Positions 26,332 through 31,318 of a stretch of DNA of 31,318 nucleotides are shown here, piece by piece. The position numbers and the translations under genes were made by a program. Positions within the stretch are counted from its first letter, which is position 1; each line of letters starts with the position of its first letter. The notes below the pieces were generated by a model that was given only the letters and a program-made list of their open reading frames with translations, did no database searches and had not been told where the DNA came from. The stretch comes from a virus (taxonomy: Duplodnaviria; Caudoviricetes), in the IMG/VR virus record IMGVR_UViG_3300033481_000119, positions 1 through 31,318 of that record. The stretch is one strand, 5' to 3'.

Positions 26332-29049
26332 TTAAAACTCAATTACACCTTCGCTATAATTTATTTTATAATCTCCGTTGGTTAATAATTTAACACGCAA
26401 AACGTTATTGCGCGGATAGCCATATGTATAATCTGCGCCTGGCATTGCCATATCCCAGCTACCTTTCATATCAACTTGCATAATAAGCTCATCTATTTCA
26501 CACTGATCACTTATACTTTCAATCATCGGCAAATAGGCAAATCCAATTCCTGTTTCTTCCGTCGTTAATGCATCCCACTCACTTCTAGTAATGGACGAGA
26601 TCGTTTGTGTATCAATCCCATCGCTTTTTACCGCAGCAATATTGGCTGAGTCAATATTTTGCCATATCCCACCTTTCAATGTTTTATAATGCGCCAAATC
26701 TGTGGTAACGAGCACTTTACATTTTCCGTTGCCAGAGAATTTTCCCTTTATAGATACCTGATCAATTCCCTCAAAACTATCAATAGCGATCAATCCTCTA
26801 GGAAAGAGTATTTTATCAAATGGTACAGCTGAAATTTTTAATGTTGCTCGTTCCTCTTTGCCAATTGTATAGGCAAGAATTTTAAATTTTTGCAATGGTT
26901 TAAGGATTGATGCCTTTGCAATACTTTTTCCACCAGATTTAAATAGATTTTGTTTTTCCACATCTGTAAGTGTAGTCCAGTCGTCGCTCACCTTGCTCAA
27001 AACATCCTCTACAACTTTGTAACAACTATGATCTTCTTTTAAGTATAAAAAGCGGCTTTCTCTTTTTACGGCTAAAACTGGTCTAAAACCGACATATTCA
27101 TTAGCTGAACTACTGTCATATTTACTTTGACTCATTGTAATTACATTTTTGTCCTGAGAACCTCGTGCAATTCTTAAGCTTGGTGATGCTGCCGTTCCTA
27201 TGTCATCAACAGTTGATAAGGTTGCCAAGGTCCAGGATTTCGTGGATAGACAATTCCAAACATCATTATCAGAGGGTATGATGGCACCACCTAAGTTATT
27301 ATAAGAAATAACTTCATCCCATTCACCGTGATTTTCTGCATCCACATGCCGGTCAACAATGGTATGAGGAATTCGCATTGTCATACCATCGATATCATCA
27401 ATATTGATTTCTAATCCTGAACTTGTACATAGCCCCACATTATTTAACGTTTCCCATGCTATCTTTCCTTGAATATTACGATCTGCAACGAGTTTTAAAT
27501 CTCCTGCGGGCGTATAGCCAACGCAGATAAAATAAAAAGTGCCATCCGGCACTTCTGGTGCTAAATCTGAAAAATTCGCTTTTACAGCTTTTCCAAGGTT
27601 AGCAAATTTACCAAATATATTGGCGGTTGAAACATATTCACATGAAATTGCTTGTCCTAGTTGAATTTTTTTAATGTCCTTCACTAATTCTAGTGGACAA
27701 TCAGGTGTCCCTCTTGTAAATATATCGGAAGTTGGATTATATATTAAAACCGGTCTAAAGCCGACATATTGATTCGCTGAACTACTGTCATATTTATTTT
27801 GGCTCATTGTAACTGGATTTATATTTTTATCCTGAGACCCTCGTGCAATTCTTAAGCTTGGCGCTGCCGCTGTTCCTATATCATCCACAGTTGATAGTGT
27901 CGCCAAGGTCCAAGATTTCGTGGATAGGCAATTCCAAACGTCATTATCCGACGATGTGACTACACCACCTAAATCACAGAAAGAAATGAATTCATCCCAT
28001 TCACCATGATTTTCTGCATCCACATGTCGATCAGCAATTGTATGAGGAATTCGCATCATCATACCGTCCATAGCATCGATATTGATTTTTACTCCTCTAC
28101 TTGTGCAAAGACCCGCATTATTTAACGTTTCCCACGCTATTTTTCCTTGAATATTACGATCAGCAATAAGCTTTAAATTTCCTGCTGGCGTATACCCGAC
28201 GCAGATAAAATAAAAAGTTCCATCTGGCATTTCTGGTGCTAAATCTGAAAGATTCGATTTTATAGCTTTTCCAAGGTTAGCAAATGTACCAAATGTATTG
28301 GCGTTTGAAACATACTCACATGAAATAGCCTGTCCTGGCTTAATTTTTTTGATATCATTCACTAATTCTAACGGACAGTCAGGTGTTCCTCTCGTAAATA
28401 CATCAGGCGTTGGGTCATAGATTAAAACCAGTCTGAACCCACAAATTGCAGAAGCTGTACTTGATACGATATTCGCGATGGTTGAAGGCGCCGTTCCACC
28501 ACGTTGTATTCTTTGCGCCGCATTCGCTGCAATTCCAGCATCATCTGCAAATGCAGGTGTATTGAGCGTCCAAGACGGAACACTTGTATGCCAAAACTCA
28601 GAATCACCTTTACTTATTTTTCCTCCTAAATCGTAATTTAAGATAATTGAGTCATACTCACCATTATAAGTACCATCATTTTGTAGAGATGATCCGATTA
28701 ACCTCATAGAATAATTTGTTGAATTACCATCAATTGATACTACACTAGGAAGCGTTGCACATAAATCTGCTGTATTTAAAGCTTCCCAGGCTATATTCGC
28801 TTGGATATTTCTATCGGCGACTAATTTTATTTTCCCATCCGGTGTATATCCTACACATACGAAGTAAAATGCTCCATCTACAGTTATTGGATTTGTAGTT
28901 ACATCAATCAATACCTTAGTTGCTTTTCCTAAATTAACAAAGGTTCCGAAAGCTCCTGATGTTGCGGCAGTATATTCACATGATATTGCTTGATTAGGCT
29001 GTATATCATTAATATCTGTTACAATTTCTAAAGCCGTGATTGTAGCCAT
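26332..29049 (-). CDS. Putative receptor-binding protein with three tandem ~225-aa domains, 905 aa
   Basis: Three copies of ISCEY...F.NLGKA...FYF.CVGYTP.G..KL.ADRNIQ..IAWE.LN...GE[WY]D...SWTL...RG...GFR.VL, then a C-terminal domain shared with the 695-aa protein. Confidence 0.65.
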   Translation of the reverse strand: MATITALEIVTDINDIQPNQAISCEYTAATSGAFGTFVNLGKATKVLIDVTTNPITVDGAFYFVCVGYTPDGKIKLVADRNIQANIAWEALNTADLCATLPSVVSIDGNSTNYSMRLIGSSLQNDGTYNGEYDSIILNYDLGGKISKGDSEFWHTSVPSWTLNTPAFADDAGIAANAAQRIQRGGTAPSTIANIVSSTASAICGFRLVLIYDPTPDVFTRGTPDCPLELVNDIKKIKPGQAISCEYVSNANTFGTFANLGKAIKSNLSDLAPEMPDGTFYFICVGYTPAGNLKLIADRNIQGKIAWETLNNAGLCTSRGVKINIDAMDGMMMRIPHTIADRHVDAENHGEWDEFISFCDLGGVVTSSDNDVWNCLSTKSWTLATLSTVDDIGTAAAPSLRIARGSQDKNINPVTMSQNKYDSSSANQYVGFRPVLIYNPTSDIFTRGTPDCPLELVKDIKKIQLGQAISCEYVSTANIFGKFANLGKAVKANFSDLAPEVPDGTFYFICVGYTPAGDLKLVADRNIQGKIAWETLNNVGLCTSSGLEINIDDIDGMTMRIPHTIVDRHVDAENHGEWDEVISYNNLGGAIIPSDNDVWNCLSTKSWTLATLSTVDDIGTAASPSLRIARGSQDKNVITMSQSKYDSSSANEYVGFRPVLAVKRESRFLYLKEDHSCYKVVEDVLSKVSDDWTTLTDVEKQNLFKSGGKSIAKASILKPLQKFKILAYTIGKEERATLKISAVPFDKILFPRGLIAIDSFEGIDQVSIKGKFSGNGKCKVLVTTDLAHYKTLKGGIWQNIDSANIAAVKSDGIDTQTISSITRSEWDALTTEETGIGFAYLPMIESISDQCEIDELIMQVDMKGSWDMAMPGADYTYGYPRNNVLRVKLLTNGDYKINYSEGVIEF
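27073..29049 (-). repeat. Intragenic tandem domain repeats (27073-27744, 27745-28422, diverged 28423-29049)
   Basis: GFR.VL anchors at 27073, 27745 and 28423 (spacings 672 and 678 bp). The two C-terminal units are highly similar at DNA level. Confidence 0.9.
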
Positions 29050-29069
29050 ATTTTTTCACCTCGCTTATA

Positions 29070-29768
29070 TTAAGCCCAAATGCTTGTTGATTTTGGATTA
29101 TCTATATATTCTAATATTGGTCTATAACATGTATATGCATTTCGTGCTGATCCTGATGGATGATCTGTGGTTTCTATGAAATTACCGTATATCGGAATTC
29201 CATATAAATTTAATTGACTACTAACCATATGAATATAACAATGATAACTACCATTTAAAGTTGTGCCATTCATATTTAAAGATGTACACATTGTTGAACC
29301 AATTCGATCTTGATTGATTTCAACATAAGCAATTTCTCCAACTGAAGATGTTACTGCGACATTAGTTCCATGCCATACTTTTGCGTCAGCTTTTGTTATA
29401 TTCCCGTTTAAGTCAGAATTAGAAATATATTTTAAGAATTCATCTCTAGATAAAGATCTTATTAATCCTAAATTAGTTTTTATTCCAGTTAAGTATCCTT
29501 TAGAATTAAGTGATTGCGCAGAAATAGCACTCTGTACTAGCCTATCAGCAACAAGTAATCCCTTATCAGTTTTAATAAAATAAAAATATCCATTAGCGGT
29601 AGATGTCGGCGTAGTAGGTAACTCGTTTAACGTACTTTTTACTTCTAAATTTTGAAAATCTCCTGCTACATTAGCTGTCGGCGCTACATACTCACATTGA
29701 ATATAATCACCAATTAGCATATCACTTAATTTTGTACACAGCCTGCCATTACTCTCTGGTGCTCCCAT
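29070..29768 (-). CDS. Single-domain paralogue of the 905-aa repeat, 232 aa
   Basis: IQCEYVA...F.NL...GYFYFIK..GLLVADRLVQSAIS...LN...YRPILEY. Confidence 0.7.
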   Translation of the reverse strand: MGAPESNGRLCTKLSDMLIGDYIQCEYVAPTANVAGDFQNLEVKSTLNELPTTPTSTANGYFYFIKTDKGLLVADRLVQSAISAQSLNSKGYLTGIKTNLGLIRSLSRDEFLKYISNSDLNGNITKADAKVWHGTNVAVTSSVGEIAYVEINQDRIGSTMCTSLNMNGTTLNGSYHCYIHMVSSQLNLYGIPIYGNFIETTDHPSGSARNAYTCYRPILEYIDNPKSTSIWA

Positions 29769-31063
29769 TATAAAAATCCTCCTTGTATGTTTTCAATTGT
29801 TTTATAACCAGAAAAATCAATAAAGTCACTTTCACATATCGTATTTCCATCCATATTTTCTGAATTATTTACTTTAATTTTATATTCCGTATTTTTTCTC
29901 ATCACTCCATCAAAAATAAATTGATCAGATAGCTCTGCACTTTGCACATCGACAATAAAATCCTCTGCATCCGCATTATCGAAGTTATACATTGTAAAAA
30001 GTTGATCTTGTTCACCGCCTTGCGAGTTAAATTTCAAAATTTCTACTGGCGGAAGCCTGAATTTATTGGTATAACTTATGGGAATATCTAAAGAAACTGG
30101 TGCGATAACATTTAATTTTGTAAGCTGTTTTAAATCAGCACTTTCACTACTTAACAGTTCCCAATAAATTTGTTTAAATTTATCATCAGAAATATGGCTT
30201 ATCCTACAACGATAAAGTTTTCCATTATGGACTACCAGCATGGTCGATTCATATTCGGTATTTGCAGTCCAATTGGGTGCCCCACCTAAAATTGATTTTC
30301 CATTAAAAGTTGGCTGATTATTTTTTTCACCATATTTATCTAATGAATTTTTATTATCGTGAATATGAGCTCGCTTATTTAGACTATCCAAATCGATAGC
30401 TTCTGTAATTGTTATTTTATCAATCTTCGCTTTATCCAAGACAGAATAATCATTCGTAGAAAGCCCTCTACCCTCAATCTTATCCACTTTGCCGGATAGA
30501 GTCGCCATGATTGCAGCTATAGCACTATCATCATCTGCTAAAGCATCGGCTATTTCTTTAAGTGTATCTAGTGTTTCTGGTGCATCCGCGATTAGATCAT
30601 CAATGGTCTTTTTTAGATTTTCTTTTGTTACTGTTAAATCTAATGCATCTTGTAGCCCTGTAATTGCTTTAATTTCATGTTGGTTTTCTAAATTTCTACC
30701 TATTAAATCACTATGTTTGATCGACGTTGATCCGCCAAATAACTTTAATGTCCAAGTGACTGTACCATCTATAATACTATCGCCCTCACCATAGCCTTGA
30801 GGTTCTACAATTGCTGATATACCAGCAATTGTACACATGTAAAAACCCCAACTCGGACAGGTTGGGGTTCTAACTACGTCTTGTTTTTTATAAGCGGTAT
30901 TCGGTTGCCACATATCAAAGTGAGCTTTGCTGTCCGCATGGCTCTGGGGTAAAACAACATTATCAATGGTTTTTATTGAGTCATTGATCTTATCCTTCAT
31001 CACATAATCAGAACCTAAAATTAGTGGTATTCCTAGATTTTTCGTTGTACTTTCCTCTGACAT
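29768..31063 (-). CDS. Tail fibre/adaptor B, ~431 aa
   Basis: True start MSEESTTK at 31063 (GGAGG, and homology to 7113). Two CBM5/12-like motifs (WQPNTAYKKQDVV, WTANTEY...VVHNGKLYRC), fibre motifs APETLDTLKEIADAL and KVDKIEGRGLSTNDY. Confidence 0.75.
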   Translation of the reverse strand: MSEESTTKNLGIPLILGSDYVMKDKINDSIKTIDNVVLPQSHADSKAHFDMWQPNTAYKKQDVVRTPTCPSWGFYMCTIAGISAIVEPQGYGEGDSIIDGTVTWTLKLFGGSTSIKHSDLIGRNLENQHEIKAITGLQDALDLTVTKENLKKTIDDLIADAPETLDTLKEIADALADDDSAIAAIMATLSGKVDKIEGRGLSTNDYSVLDKAKIDKITITEAIDLDSLNKRAHIHDNKNSLDKYGEKNNQPTFNGKSILGGAPNWTANTEYESTMLVVHNGKLYRCRISHISDDKFKQIYWELLSSESADLKQLTKLNVIAPVSLDIPISYTNKFRLPPVEILKFNSQGGEQDQLFTMYNFDNADAEDFIVDVQSAELSDQFIFDGVMRKNTEYKIKVNNSENMDGNTICESDFIDFSGYKTIENIQGGFL

Positions 31064-31076
31064 TATCTTTCCTCCC
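30635..31076. repeat. Copy 2 of the ~440-bp diverged direct repeat
   Basis: Matches 6685-7126; the encoded 143 aa are about 76% identical (hand count). Confidence 0.9.
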
Positions 31077-31180
31077 TCGTATAATAAGTTTTGTAAACAG
31101 ATATCCGCCAACTTACAAAGCTTATTTTTTATTTCAATTACTTCTTTAGGAACTCCTGATGCTACAATAGATTTTAGTGA

Positions 31181-31318
31181 TCTGTAGCAAAGATTGGACC
31201 TGTTATGGCAGCTGGTATTCTTGCTGAGATTGGTTACATTGAAGCATTTAAGTCCCAAGATGCCCTTGCCAAATATGCCGGTCTTGTCTGGCGTGAAAAC
31301 CAGTCGGGCCAGTTTACC
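31181..31318 (+). pseudogene. IS110-family transposase fragment, 5'-truncated, running off the window
   Basis: SVAKIGPVMAAGILAEIGYIEAFKSQDALAKYAGLVWRENQSGQFT matches the Transposase_20 motif. In-frame TAG TGA lie immediately upstream. Confidence 0.85.

Noticed and set aside
27073-28422. DGR template/variable repeat pair
   Set aside because: Both copies are in-frame coding. The differences I compared near the GFRPVL ends are mostly synonymous and not adenine-specific, and no reverse transcriptase is in the window.
591-30794. Short plus-strand and nested ORFs in the track (e.g. 21455-21970, 7860-8198, 30489-30794)
   Set aside because: They are antisense or off-frame shadows of well-supported genes, with no motifs I recognise.
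5968-31076. Invertase-driven fibre switching (Mu Gin or shufflon type)
   Set aside because: The repeats are direct, all genes are on one strand, and there is no recombinase gene.
31064-31258. N-terminal 65 aa of the 496-aa ORF call
   Set aside because: Homology and the SD place the start at 31063; the extension runs antisense into the IS110 relic.
1-31318. Composite transposon formed by the flanking IS elements
   Set aside because: They belong to different families (IS3 and IS110), and the IS110 copy is truncated.
1-31318. CRISPR array, tRNA/rRNA genes, att sites
   Set aside because: I saw no regularly spaced short repeats, RNA-gene signatures or integrase-linked core repeats.

Overview
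AT-rich Bacillota-type DNA, probably from a diderm Negativicutes host (inferred, not proven). Almost the whole window is a minus-strand, phage-derived structural cluster between two IS relics: the 3' end of an IS3-family element (1-126) and a 5'-truncated IS110 transposase (31181-31318). In transcription order (right to left) it holds: (1) a stand-alone three-gene fibre/receptor-binding module; (2) a phage late-promoter-like region and a YjcQ-like gene; (3) a non-contractile tail module of the D3112/B3/Nazgul style (tube protein with a Prp-cleavage-type leader, frameshifted tail chaperones, a 1445-aa tape measure protein (TMP) with an NlpC/P60 domain, tip proteins); (4) self-promoted cassettes for exported proteins inserted behind the TMP; (5) a second fibre module; (6) holin, amidase and a candidate non-canonical spanin. 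I see no terminase, portal, capsid, neck, sheath, integrase, replication or repressor gene. The locus therefore reads as a headless flexible tail: a candidate F-type tailocin with two alternative fibre modules and TMP-linked immunity/exclusion-like cassettes. A decaying prophage, or a particle whose head genes lie elsewhere, cannot be excluded. Family assignments come from motif recognition by eye; no database search was run.
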